Of a DNA stretch of 64,000 nt, positions 9,287 through 17,770 are shown piece after piece. Source of the stretch: Gammaproteobacteria bacterium (lineage in GTDB: Bacteria; Pseudomonadota; Gammaproteobacteria; GCA-001735895); NCBI GenBank assembly GCA_022340305.1, contig JAJDOF010000026.1:17627-81626 (forward strand). The letters are read 5' to 3'. Below the pieces are notes generated by a model. It did no database searches. It had not been told where the DNA came from and worked only from the letters and a program-made list of their open reading frames with translations. The translations under genes and the position numbers were made by a program. Position 1 is the first letter of the stretch. Each line of letters opens with the position of its first letter.

Positions 9287-9928
9287 TCACACGACGAGGA
9301 TAACCCTCAGCATGAATTCGCCAATCTTCCAGATTGATTCGAATACCGGTATGCCGAGAAAATTGAGTACGATCAGACCCAGTAGTGCATAGGTACCATA
9401 GCGTGCATTCATTTGCTGATAGGTTATCGCCGCATCGCGGGGCAGTGCATATGGCAAAATGTAACTGCCATCGAGAGGACCGATCGGCAACAGGTTGAAC
9501 AACATCAACAGCATGTTAATCAACGCCAGGTAGGTGAAGAAGAAGTTGGCGACTCCCGTCTGAAATAACCCGATGCCCAATTTCAGCCCGATGGCGTAAA
9601 GGTTGATGGTGATGATTGCCAACAGCAGGTTCATTGCGGGCCCGGCCGCTGCTACCATCAGCACACCCCAGCGGGTATTGAACTTGCGCGGGTCGGCCGG
9701 GACCGGTTTGGCATAGCCGATGCCGATCAGCAACACCATTAACAAGCCGAACGGATCGATATGCGGAATCGGGTTCAGGGTGAGTCGCCCGGCGCGTTCG
9801 GCGGTATCATCACCGATCAGCGACGCCATTTTGCCGTGACCGAACTCATGGCAGGTCAATGAAAAAATCAGCGCGAAGGCAATCAGCACAAAGGCAAGGT
9901 ATTCCTGCTGTAAAATCAGCTGAATCAT
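9287..9928 (-). CDS. Site-2 protease (M50) family membrane zinc metalloprotease
   Basis: A 213-aa polytopic membrane protein with HEFGH in the first TM region and a LLPIGPLDG motif. Confidence 0.75.
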   Translation of the reverse strand: MIQLILQQEYLAFVLIAFALIFSLTCHEFGHGKMASLIGDDTAERAGRLTLNPIPHIDPFGLLMVLLIGIGYAKPVPADPRKFNTRWGVLMVAAAGPAMNLLLAIITINLYAIGLKLGIGLFQTGVANFFFTYLALINMLLMLFNLLPIGPLDGSYILPYALPRDAAITYQQMNARYGTYALLGLIVLNFLGIPVFESIWKIGEFMLRVILVV

Positions 9929-10421
9929 TGGGTTGTATGAGTCTCTGGCGAACGGGCGAATTTAACAGAATTTCACCCACGACACATCGATTTCCACGGT
10001 TATTGCGTATCTATCCTGCAGCATTGGCATCTGGCGGGTGCATGTCGGTTGTGAGACCAGCAAAATCATTTGCCAGCGCCACGCATCCATTACCTTCCCC
10101 GGGAAATCCGAGAATCAATATTCTGTTTAAGCAAAATATGAACAAGATCACATAAGCCTTTGAAAGTTATGAAAATAAGCTATAATCTCGACAGCGTTAG
10201 TTGTTTTGTGGTAAATACACTCGAGCGAACGTTACCGGTGTCGGCATTCATCGAGGCGGCGTAACGGTCCGTGGATTGAAATTAAAGGGCTTGAAACTAG
10301 TCTATAGATAATTGAAACCAGCATGCTTATGAGCCCCGCGACAATCATCGCCGAGCGCTGATCATTCGATGTTCGAATTTGATCTAAGTGTTTTTTAAAT
10401 GCTAAAACCAGGGTAAAAACT

Positions 10422-12245
10422 GTGTCGGAAGACCTGATCAGCAGGTATGAAAAGTCGTTTCGAATTAAATTTCGAAATGCCAATACCGAGGCAAAGTACC
10501 GCGAATTGCAGCAGCAACGCGGGCAGGCCTCGAGTGTGGTCGCTTTCGGCGCACTATTCCTGTTATGCCTGACCTTTACCTACCTCGAGTTTCGTGCGTT
10601 CGGTCTTGAAATAGTCATGCCGATGTACGGTTACCTGCTGGCGACTATCCTGGCATTGGTCAATTTACTCATCAGCCGCTTTTCGGCTGAACCTTTCCAT
10701 CAGCAGATACGCCTCCTGGCCAACGGACTGTTGGCTATGGGCACGGTGATCGGCGCCGTGTTCCTGCAGAAATACAGCGCTTATCATGTGATCGAGTTTG
10801 CACTGCTGGTGGTTTGGCTGGGTAGCCTCAATACGGTACGCATGCTGTCGACGCTGGTGCTGAATGTGCTACTCGCCTGTGCTTTCGTGGCGGTCATGTA
10901 CACTAGCGATACCAGCGATATTTCAGGCTTCAGGATGTTGCTGGTATCGGTACTGCTCAACGCCGCGGTTTTGCTCGCCGCCTGTCTCGGTTACCTGGCT
11001 GAGCGAGCCCGGCGCAGGCTGTTTCTGCAAATCGAAGCCAACAATAGTATGCACAGTCGCCAGGAATTATGGTCGGTTACCCTGTTCGACCTGGACATGG
11101 CGCTCAGCGGCATTGTTGTCTTCAGGGATTTGATCGCGTTACTGAAAAAGTATCTCGAACCGGTCATCGAGTTCGATTCCTATGTGCTCACTTCGCTTGA
11201 GGGGCAGGGACCGAAACCGGTTGCTGATCAGATTGAAGGTAAATTATTTGAAAGTGACGACGCGACCCTGTGGTCGGACGAACTGCTCGGCAAATTGACT
11301 CAAACTCGCCAGGCTACGGTGAGTGCAGAGCATGAAATGGTGAAGGGTTTCCTCGGCCGGAAGAAACAACGCTTCACTTCCTATCGGCTCGATATACCGG
11401 TGTTCGATGACTCCAGGTTAGTTGGTATTATCAGCCTGCGGCGCGAAGCAGAACCCTTTGACCGGCTCGATATGATTGCCAGCGTCAGCATCGCCGCGCA
11501 GGCGATGTTGATTTTCAAGCGCTCCACTAGTGTGCAAAAGGCCACTGCTGCACAGAAGAAGGCGCCGATAACGAAATCCGTAGCGGATGCTGTGATCCGA
11601 CCGAAAGCGAATACCGATACCACGATGTCGAGGACAAATACAAATGTCTCGTCCGAGGACAAGGATATGGAGATGACCGACCATAGCTTCGCAGAATCCG
11701 ATCAAACCCTGGTTCCCCAGGATGTGATCACCAAATTCAAGCTGGAACAGGCGTCGTCGAAGAAAACCATCACGCTGATGAGCCGCGAGAATGCAGACAA
11801 GATTTCAGTTGATCGTTACCGTACCGCCATAGTTGAAGGTGAGCCGCTGTCGATGATGATCATCGAGGTGGACGGCTTGTCCAAATTGCGCGAGGAAGAT
11901 GGCGACGAGGTCGCCTACAAGGTGTTTGCGGCAATCGTGAAGTACATTTTTTCCAAGGTGGATAAGGACAAGGAAATTCTTGGTCGCTACGGCCAGAATG
12001 GACTGAGCGTTTTGATGCCCCAGGTCGATATGAATGCCGCCGAACGATTTGCCGAAATGATTCGTCAGTTTGTTTCCGGTGCGCGTTACAAGACAGCTTA
12101 TGGCGAAAAGACGGCGACGCTGAGTATCGGTGTGGCCGCGCTCACTGACGATACCGGTGACTACAGCTCGATGGTCAAGCGTGCCGACATGGCCCTGTTC
12201 GTGGCGAAGAAGAATGGCCGCAATTGCGTCAAGGTTCGACTTTGA
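10422..12245 (+). CDS. Membrane sensor with GAF-like domain and degenerate GGDEF domain
   Basis: The ORF has a GTG start, about 6-7 N-terminal TM helices and a central GAF-like segment. The C-terminal GGDEF fold is recognisable (SIGVAAL...RADMALFVAKKNGRNCV), but the signature reads RYGQNGLSVLM instead of RxGGDEF. Confidence 0.7.
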   Translation: MSEDLISRYEKSFRIKFRNANTEAKYRELQQQRGQASSVVAFGALFLLCLTFTYLEFRAFGLEIVMPMYGYLLATILALVNLLISRFSAEPFHQQIRLLANGLLAMGTVIGAVFLQKYSAYHVIEFALLVVWLGSLNTVRMLSTLVLNVLLACAFVAVMYTSDTSDISGFRMLLVSVLLNAAVLLAACLGYLAERARRRLFLQIEANNSMHSRQELWSVTLFDLDMALSGIVVFRDLIALLKKYLEPVIEFDSYVLTSLEGQGPKPVADQIEGKLFESDDATLWSDELLGKLTQTRQATVSAEHEMVKGFLGRKKQRFTSYRLDIPVFDDSRLVGIISLRREAEPFDRLDMIASVSIAAQAMLIFKRSTSVQKATAAQKKAPITKSVADAVIRPKANTDTTMSRTNTNVSSEDKDMEMTDHSFAESDQTLVPQDVITKFKLEQASSKKTITLMSRENADKISVDRYRTAIVEGEPLSMMIIEVDGLSKLREEDGDEVAYKVFAAIVKYIFSKVDKDKEILGRYGQNGLSVLMPQVDMNAAERFAEMIRQFVSGARYKTAYGEKTATLSIGVAALTDDTGDYSSMVKRADMALFVAKKNGRNCVKVRL

Positions 12246-12271
12246 TGTGTGGCTGTTGTTGAGGCGCCGGT

Positions 12272-12928
12272 ATGGTCGATAATCAGCACTGGCTGGATCG
12301 TTGGCAGGATGACCGTATCGGTTTTCATGAGGCCAGCGTAAACCGACACCTGCAAAGCTGGTTTCCCCGCGTCGCACCTGCCCCCGGCAGTCGAGTTTTC
12401 CTGCCACTGTGCGGTAAGGCCGTAGACATTCACTGGATCGCGCAACAGGGTTTTGAGGTGATTGGCGTCGAGTTGTCACAGATCGCGATCGAAGCCTTTT
12501 TCGAGGAAAACTCGCTCGACTTCGAACGCAACGAATCCGCTCGATTCGGCATATACCAGTCGGCAAACATCACCCTGTTACAGGGTAATTTCTTCGATTT
12601 GAACAAAGCTGATTTAGACAACTGCCACCTGGTTTACGACCGGGCCGCTCTGATTGCAATGGAGCGCGAAGACCGTCCGCGTTATTACGATCACATGCTG
12701 TCAATTCTGCCCTTGAGCTGTGATATGCTGCTGGTCACGCTCGAATACAATCAGGCGGAAATGCTGGGTCCCCCTTTTTCAGTGCCGACAGATGAAGTAT
12801 TGCACCGCTATCGCGATGCGTTTTCAATTCAAATGCTGGAGACAAACAACATCATCGATGAACGTCCGCGGTGGCGCAAAGTTGGGCTCAGCAAGCTGCA
12901 AGAGTCGGTTTTCAGCCTGACCAGGTGA
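12272..12928 (+). CDS. tpm: Thiopurine S-methyltransferase (bacterial Tpm; Se/Te methylation)
   Basis: WLDRWQDDRIGFHEASVNRHLQ...VFLPLCGKAVDIHWIAQQGFEVIGVELS closely follows the bacterial TPMT pattern. Confidence 0.85.
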   Translation: MVDNQHWLDRWQDDRIGFHEASVNRHLQSWFPRVAPAPGSRVFLPLCGKAVDIHWIAQQGFEVIGVELSQIAIEAFFEENSLDFERNESARFGIYQSANITLLQGNFFDLNKADLDNCHLVYDRAALIAMEREDRPRYYDHMLSILPLSCDMLLVTLEYNQAEMLGPPFSVPTDEVLHRYRDAFSIQMLETNNIIDERPRWRKVGLSKLQESVFSLTR

Positions 12929-12945
12929 TTTAAAACGGTGCATAA

Positions 12946-13767
12946 TTGATAAAGCTTCAGGGCAATCTTCACAAGATGCACACCGAGGACGGCGATCCGG
13001 TTCGATACAGTCTCGAGCTAGGTGAGCAGCGAGTGACGCTCAGCGATTACCTGGGTCAACGAATCAAAATCGATTACCTGCAGCAAATTGAATGCATACA
13101 CTGTGGGCGCAGCACCCGCAAAAGCTTCAGTCAGGGCTACTGTTATCCCTGTTTCACCCGTCTCGCGCAATGCGACCGCTGCATCGTGTCCCCGGAAACC
13201 TGTCACTATCACCTCGGCACCTGTCGAGAACCGGAATGGGGCCGGTCCAACTGTATGCGACCGCATATCATTTATCTGTCGAACACCTCGGGTGTCAAGA
13301 TTGGCATCACTCGGGAGAGCCAGTTACCGACTCGATGGATCGATCAGGGTGCGATACAGGCGCTGGCTATCTTGCGAGTCACCAGGCGTTATCACGCGGG
13401 GTTGATCGAACATGCCTTCAAGGCGTATGTCAATGATCGTACCAATTGGCGTAACATGCTGAAGAACGATGTCGAGGACATCGATTTATACCAGGTCTAC
13501 GCAACCCTTTGGCCACAGGTAAAATCTGCCCTCGATGCCGAACTGCTCGCCGACGTGGAAGAAATTGCGCGCCCGGACGGCGCGCATGATTTGCATTACC
13601 CGGCGCTGGCCTATCCGAGCAAGGTCGCCAGTTTCAATCTCGATAAGGAACCCCGAGTCGCAGGCAGGCTCGACGCTATCAAGGGTCAGTACCTGATCCT
13701 GGACAATGGCGTCATCAATATCCGTAAGTACGGTGGCTATCTGGTCAGCCTTAAGTGCGGCGATTGA
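12946..13767 (+). CDS. DUF2797-family protein with Cys-rich zinc-ribbon region
   Basis: The ORF has a TTG start. It contains CIHCGR...GYCYPCF...CDRCIVSPETCHYHLGTCREPEWG followed by HIIYLSNTSGVKIGITR...RWIDQGA, as I remember for DUF2797. Confidence 0.6.
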   Translation: MIKLQGNLHKMHTEDGDPVRYSLELGEQRVTLSDYLGQRIKIDYLQQIECIHCGRSTRKSFSQGYCYPCFTRLAQCDRCIVSPETCHYHLGTCREPEWGRSNCMRPHIIYLSNTSGVKIGITRESQLPTRWIDQGAIQALAILRVTRRYHAGLIEHAFKAYVNDRTNWRNMLKNDVEDIDLYQVYATLWPQVKSALDAELLADVEEIARPDGAHDLHYPALAYPSKVASFNLDKEPRVAGRLDAIKGQYLILDNGVINIRKYGGYLVSLKCGD

Positions 13768-13868
13768 CGCAGCGTTGGCTTCCGCACCTTGCCTGTATCC
13801 TGCGCCGATTGCCGTAGCTGACCCTGTGAATGGCGGTGGCATTCCATGCGACCGGCGCGTTAGGGCGA

Positions 13869-14864
13869 TTACAGCGCCCGGGCAATTGCGTTGACCAATC
13901 CAGGGCCGCGATAAATCAGGCCGGTGTATAGCTGTACCAGTTTTGCCCCCAGATCGAGGCGCAGTTGCGCTTCTTCGGCGGAATCGATTCCGCCGACGGA
14001 GATGATCGGAATGTCATCACCCAGTTCGCTGTAAAAAGCGCTTAGCAATTGTCGGGACCTGTCGCGCAACGCAAGACCACTCAAACCACCGTATTCCCCG
14101 GCCAGGGGATGCCCTTGCACGGTATCGCGAGCGATGGTGGTATTAGTGGCGATCAGGCAGTCGACATTATATTTGCCTAACAGTTCGGCAATACCCGCAA
14201 TGGCGCGGTGATCGAGGTCAGGCGAAAGCTTAAGCGCCAGTGGGCGCTGCACCTGATGCTCATCTTCAAGCTTGAGGCGCAGTTGCTCAAGGCCGGCCAA
14301 CAGCGCTTCAAGCGCCGCTTCATTTTGCAGGTCACGCAGGCCGGGCGTATTCGGCGAGGAAATGTTGATCGCAATGTAGTCGGCCTTTTGATAGACCTTT
14401 TTGTATACCTCGCCGTAATCCGACAGGGCCTGGTCGACCGGCGTGCTCAGGTTTTTGCCAATGTTGATGCCCAGCACAAAATCACGTTTAGCCTCTCCGA
14501 TATTTTGCAGCAGGCGATCGACGCCATCGTTGTTGAACCCCATCCGATTGATCAGGCTCTGATCACGGTTGAGTCTAAAGATTCGTGGCATCGGGTTGCC
14601 GGACTGGCCCCTGGGTGTGACGCTGCCAACTTCAATAAAGCCGAAGCCGAGCCTGCTGAGCCCATCGAGGTAGGCTGCGTTTTTGTCGAGCCCGGCTGCG
14701 AGGCCGACGGCATTGGGGAATTCAAGGCCCATGACCTGCACCGGTTTATTGATCCGTCGCTGCGGCAGCAGCGGATGCATGAGCTGCAGCATATCGAGGC
14801 TGATGTCGTGTGCCTGTTCCGGGTCAAGCGCGAACAGTAGTGGTTTTACCAGCGAATACAGCAT
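13869..14864 (-). CDS. pyrD: Dihydroorotate dehydrogenase (quinone), class 2
   Basis: MLYSLVKPLLFALDPEQAHD..., GFIEVGSVTP and NRMGFNNDG are typical PyrD motifs. The ATG overlaps the upstream stop as TAATG. Confidence 0.9.
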   Translation of the reverse strand: MLYSLVKPLLFALDPEQAHDISLDMLQLMHPLLPQRRINKPVQVMGLEFPNAVGLAAGLDKNAAYLDGLSRLGFGFIEVGSVTPRGQSGNPMPRIFRLNRDQSLINRMGFNNDGVDRLLQNIGEAKRDFVLGINIGKNLSTPVDQALSDYGEVYKKVYQKADYIAINISSPNTPGLRDLQNEAALEALLAGLEQLRLKLEDEHQVQRPLALKLSPDLDHRAIAGIAELLGKYNVDCLIATNTTIARDTVQGHPLAGEYGGLSGLALRDRSRQLLSAFYSELGDDIPIISVGGIDSAEEAQLRLDLGAKLVQLYTGLIYRGPGLVNAIARAL

Positions 14865-15463
14865 TAGCTAGACGCGATCAGTGCAAGTAGTTCGGGATAG
14901 TGTTCGAGGTCCTGCAAGCTGTCAATATCACGTAAGGACTCAAGTGCTTTGCTTCGATAGTTCAGGCGACCCGCATTTTTCATGGTTTGCTGGTAAACCT
15001 GGCTGCTACTCCAGCGGATTTTGTCGAACAGGGACGGGTCGATGGTGGTACAGCCGATCAAGGCATATCCGCCATCGAGTGCCGGTATCAACACCAGTTC
15101 ATGATCCGCCAACCCCTGGGCCGCCTCCTGCAGGTGCATGCTGGTGATGTCAAGGCAATCTGTCCCTATTATCAGGGCGCCATCAGAGCCCCTGCACAGT
15201 AAATCCTGAAATGCATGAAACATGCGCATGCCCAGGTCATCGCCTTTTTGCAGACTGTAATCTTCTTCATCGAACAGTGGGTCGTTGCTGACCTCGCTGA
15301 TAAATAACTGGTAATCCAGTCCCGATTGTTTCACTACCGCGAGCGTATACTCGAGACAATAGCGGTAGACGCGCGTGGCCTTGTCGGCGCCGATATCTGG
15401 AATCAGGCGGGTCTTGACGGCTCCGGGTAGCGGAGGTTTGGCAAATATCCCAACCGATATCAT
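14864..15463 (-). CDS. DUF2064 / TIGR04282-like nucleotidyltransferase-fold protein
   Basis: The N-terminal FAKPPLPGAVKTRLIPDIG signature of DUF2064 is present. It sits in a co-directional, tightly packed cluster with a GT2 gene and an arsS-like gene. Confidence 0.65.
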   Translation of the reverse strand: MISVGIFAKPPLPGAVKTRLIPDIGADKATRVYRYCLEYTLAVVKQSGLDYQLFISEVSNDPLFDEEDYSLQKGDDLGMRMFHAFQDLLCRGSDGALIIGTDCLDITSMHLQEAAQGLADHELVLIPALDGGYALIGCTTIDPSLFDKIRWSSSQVYQQTMKNAGRLNYRSKALESLRDIDSLQDLEHYPELLALIASS

Positions 15464-15470
15464 TGCTGCT

Positions 15471-16220
15471 TCATCCGCGCTGGGGGTAGTAAAGTCGATG
15501 CAGGCGAGCGGGGTCGACTCCGAGCCAATAGGCCAGGCGCAGCGACCACATCAGCAGGATGGTTTTCACTACCCCATTGTTCTGCCAACGCCGACTGGAA
15601 CTGTGCATGGCCGCTTCGATGATTTCTGGCCTGGCCTTGCGCCGCGCTTTTTTGCATATGGCGATATCTTCCATCAAGGGTATCGCGGGAAACGCTCCGA
15701 GGCCGTGAAAAAAGTCACGCGCAAAAAACAGGCCCTGGTCTCCACCCGCGACACGGGTAACACGGCTGCGCAGATTGATTGCGAATTCAATCATTCGGTA
15801 CACCAAGGCCGCGTTGTCGAGGCGCAGGCGAAAGTGTCCCCAGCGTGCGTCGCCCGGGAACAGGCGATCGAGGTTGTGCGGCAAGATACTATCGGCGTGT
15901 AGAAACAGTAGATGGCGACCCCGGGCTACTGCAGCCCCTTGATTCATTTGCGTGGCGCGGCCCCTGGCGCTGCATACGATACGACAGGGATAGCGGCGTG
16001 CAATCTCCAGGCTGTCGTCCTGGCTGCCGCCGTCACAGAGGATGACTTCGCAGTCATCCAGCACCCAGCGAAGATTAAACAGCCGGGCCAGGCTTTGATC
16101 GAGCGAGTCGGCCTCGTTCAGAACCGGGATGATTATGCTGAGCTGAACAGCGTCATCTGACACTTTTAGGCGAGGGCTCCGCCACAACTGCTGCCCTGGC
16201 CTGCAGTGCAGCCGTAACAA
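15471..16220 (-). CDS. Family-2 glycosyltransferase (TIGR04283-like)
   Basis: LSIIIPVLNEADSL plus a DGGSQD motif. The start is uncertain: the track ATG at 16220 overlaps the arsS-like gene, and a GTG at 16163 directly after the arsS-like stop is an alternative. Confidence 0.65.
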   Translation of the reverse strand: MLRLHCRPGQQLWRSPRLKVSDDAVQLSIIIPVLNEADSLDQSLARLFNLRWVLDDCEVILCDGGSQDDSLEIARRYPCRIVCSARGRATQMNQGAAVARGRHLLFLHADSILPHNLDRLFPGDARWGHFRLRLDNAALVYRMIEFAINLRSRVTRVAGGDQGLFFARDFFHGLGAFPAIPLMEDIAICKKARRKARPEIIEAAMHSSSRRWQNNGVVKTILLMWSLRLAYWLGVDPARLHRLYYPQRG

Positions 16221-17131
16221 TGATCGGCGATACTGACCGGAATGTCTTGCAGTCGTGTTTGCAGTAATTCGCTGATGTGTAATTTCTGAAAATTATCAGG
16301 GTTGCGAACATTCATGTTGAGCATCTGGTTGAAATCACAATCGTAGACATAACCCTCCCAGTCGATACTGAGCTGGTTGATGCACATCAGGCCCCTCATG
16401 TTGGTTACGCTGAAGGCATCCTTAAGCAGGGTCATGTAGTTTTCGAATTCGCCCTTGGCAAGCAGAGTGCTGCCAAAGCGAGCGATTGGCATGTTGGTAA
16501 TGGTGAACAGCTGGTTGAACTGAATATCGAATTTTTCCGCGAGAAAGGTTTTATAGTCCCGTTGCAGGCTGTCCTGGGGCGGTGGTAAATAAGGTCCGGT
16601 GGGATTATAAACCAGGGTCAATCCAAGCTTGCTACCTTCCTGCCCATACCCCAGCCGATTCAGTTGCCGCATGGCGCGCAAGCTCTTCTGGTAAACGCCC
16701 TTGCCGCGTTGCCCATCGACATTGTCTTCCAGGTAACAGGGCAGTGAGGCTACGATCTGCACTTCGTTTTCGGCCAGAAATTCAGCGGTGCCCTCGTAGC
16801 CGGGTTCGAGCAAAATGGTCAGGTTGCAACGGTCGATAACCTCAACGCCGAGGGCGCGAGCCGCGACCACCAGTTCGCGGAACAGGGGGTTCATTTCCGG
16901 CGCACCACCGGTCAGGTCCAGCGTATGTGCCCCGGTTTGTTGCAAAACTTCAAGTATGTGTACGATGGTGTCCTGTTGCATCAACTCCTTGCGTTTGGGG
17001 CCTGCGTTAACGTGACAATGCAGACAGGACTGGTTGCACAGATAGCCGAGATTGACCTGCAGAATCTCCAGCTGGTTGCGGGTGACGTTTGGAAAATCAG
17101 TTGTTTTCAGTAGATGCCAGGTATCGCGCAT
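16166..17131 (-). CDS. arsS: Radical SAM / Cys-rich-tail protein, ArsS-like (arsenosugar-biosynthesis family)
   Basis: Has a radical SAM cluster motif (CNQSCLHCH) and the family-typical C-terminal tail CYGCTAGQGSSCGGALA. In some homologues one Cys of this tail is a selenocysteine, as I recall for TIGR04167. Confidence 0.7.
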   Translation of the reverse strand: MRDTWHLLKTTDFPNVTRNQLEILQVNLGYLCNQSCLHCHVNAGPKRKELMQQDTIVHILEVLQQTGAHTLDLTGGAPEMNPLFRELVVAARALGVEVIDRCNLTILLEPGYEGTAEFLAENEVQIVASLPCYLEDNVDGQRGKGVYQKSLRAMRQLNRLGYGQEGSKLGLTLVYNPTGPYLPPPQDSLQRDYKTFLAEKFDIQFNQLFTITNMPIARFGSTLLAKGEFENYMTLLKDAFSVTNMRGLMCINQLSIDWEGYVYDCDFNQMLNMNVRNPDNFQKLHISELLQTRLQDIPVSIADHCYGCTAGQGSSCGGALA

Positions 17132-17196
17132 GACTGTCCGGGTTTCGTGATTGATCGTAGGTAGACCAGCAATATACCATAGAGTTCGCAGATACG

Positions 17197-17628
17197 GTGA
17201 CGCACCGGGGAGGAAATATCAATAGTAGTGAACAGCGTGTGAACTGTGCTGTGGCGGTAATCGTCACCCATGCCGGCAAGGTCTTGTTTGGTCGTCGCCT
17301 GACCGCCTCCGGTGGCAGTGAGTGGCAACTCCCGGGAGGCTGGATCGAGATTGGTGAATCACCGCAACGGGCGGCCAGGCGCGAGGTGATCGAAGAAACC
17401 GGTTTGCTGCTGGGTGACTTACGTTTCGTCGCAACCACCAACAACGTGTTTTCGGCGCAGAAACATTCTATAACACTGTATTTTGAGGCAGAATGCGTCG
17501 ATGACGATTCTCTGATCGTTACGCAGCGAGATAAATGCAGCGACTGGGAATGGAAGTACTGGGCCGAGGTCACCGATAACCTGTTTTTACCGCTGCGTTT
17601 ACTCAAGCAATCCGGATATCGGCCATAA
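17197..17628 (+). CDS. Nudix hydrolase
   Basis: Nudix box GGWIEIGESPQRAARREVIEETGL. The GTG start at 17197 is uncertain. Confidence 0.75.
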   Translation: MTHRGGNINSSEQRVNCAVAVIVTHAGKVLFGRRLTASGGSEWQLPGGWIEIGESPQRAARREVIEETGLLLGDLRFVATTNNVFSAQKHSITLYFEAECVDDDSLIVTQRDKCSDWEWKYWAEVTDNLFLPLRLLKQSGYRP

Positions 17629-17659
17629 CTTTACTACAGGACCGATAAACCTGTGTCTC

Positions 17660-17686
17660 AATTCAGTGTTTTTTGCTGAATTTTTA
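17660..17686 (+). terminator. Rho-independent terminator after the Nudix gene
   Basis: AATTCAG-tgttttttg-CTGAATT is a 7-bp stem followed by TTTAT. Confidence 0.55.
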
Positions 17687-17770
17687 TGGGCTTAGACTGG
17701 ATAAACTAGAATTAAATTTAACTATGCTGCTATAGTCCTTTAACTGCGAAAAATACAAAAATACAATTGA

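Noticed and set aside
10232-10483. 83-aa minus-strand ORF upstream of, and overlapping, the GGDEF membrane gene
   Set aside because: It is AT-rich and has no recognisable motif. It overlaps the start of a well-supported gene on the other strand.
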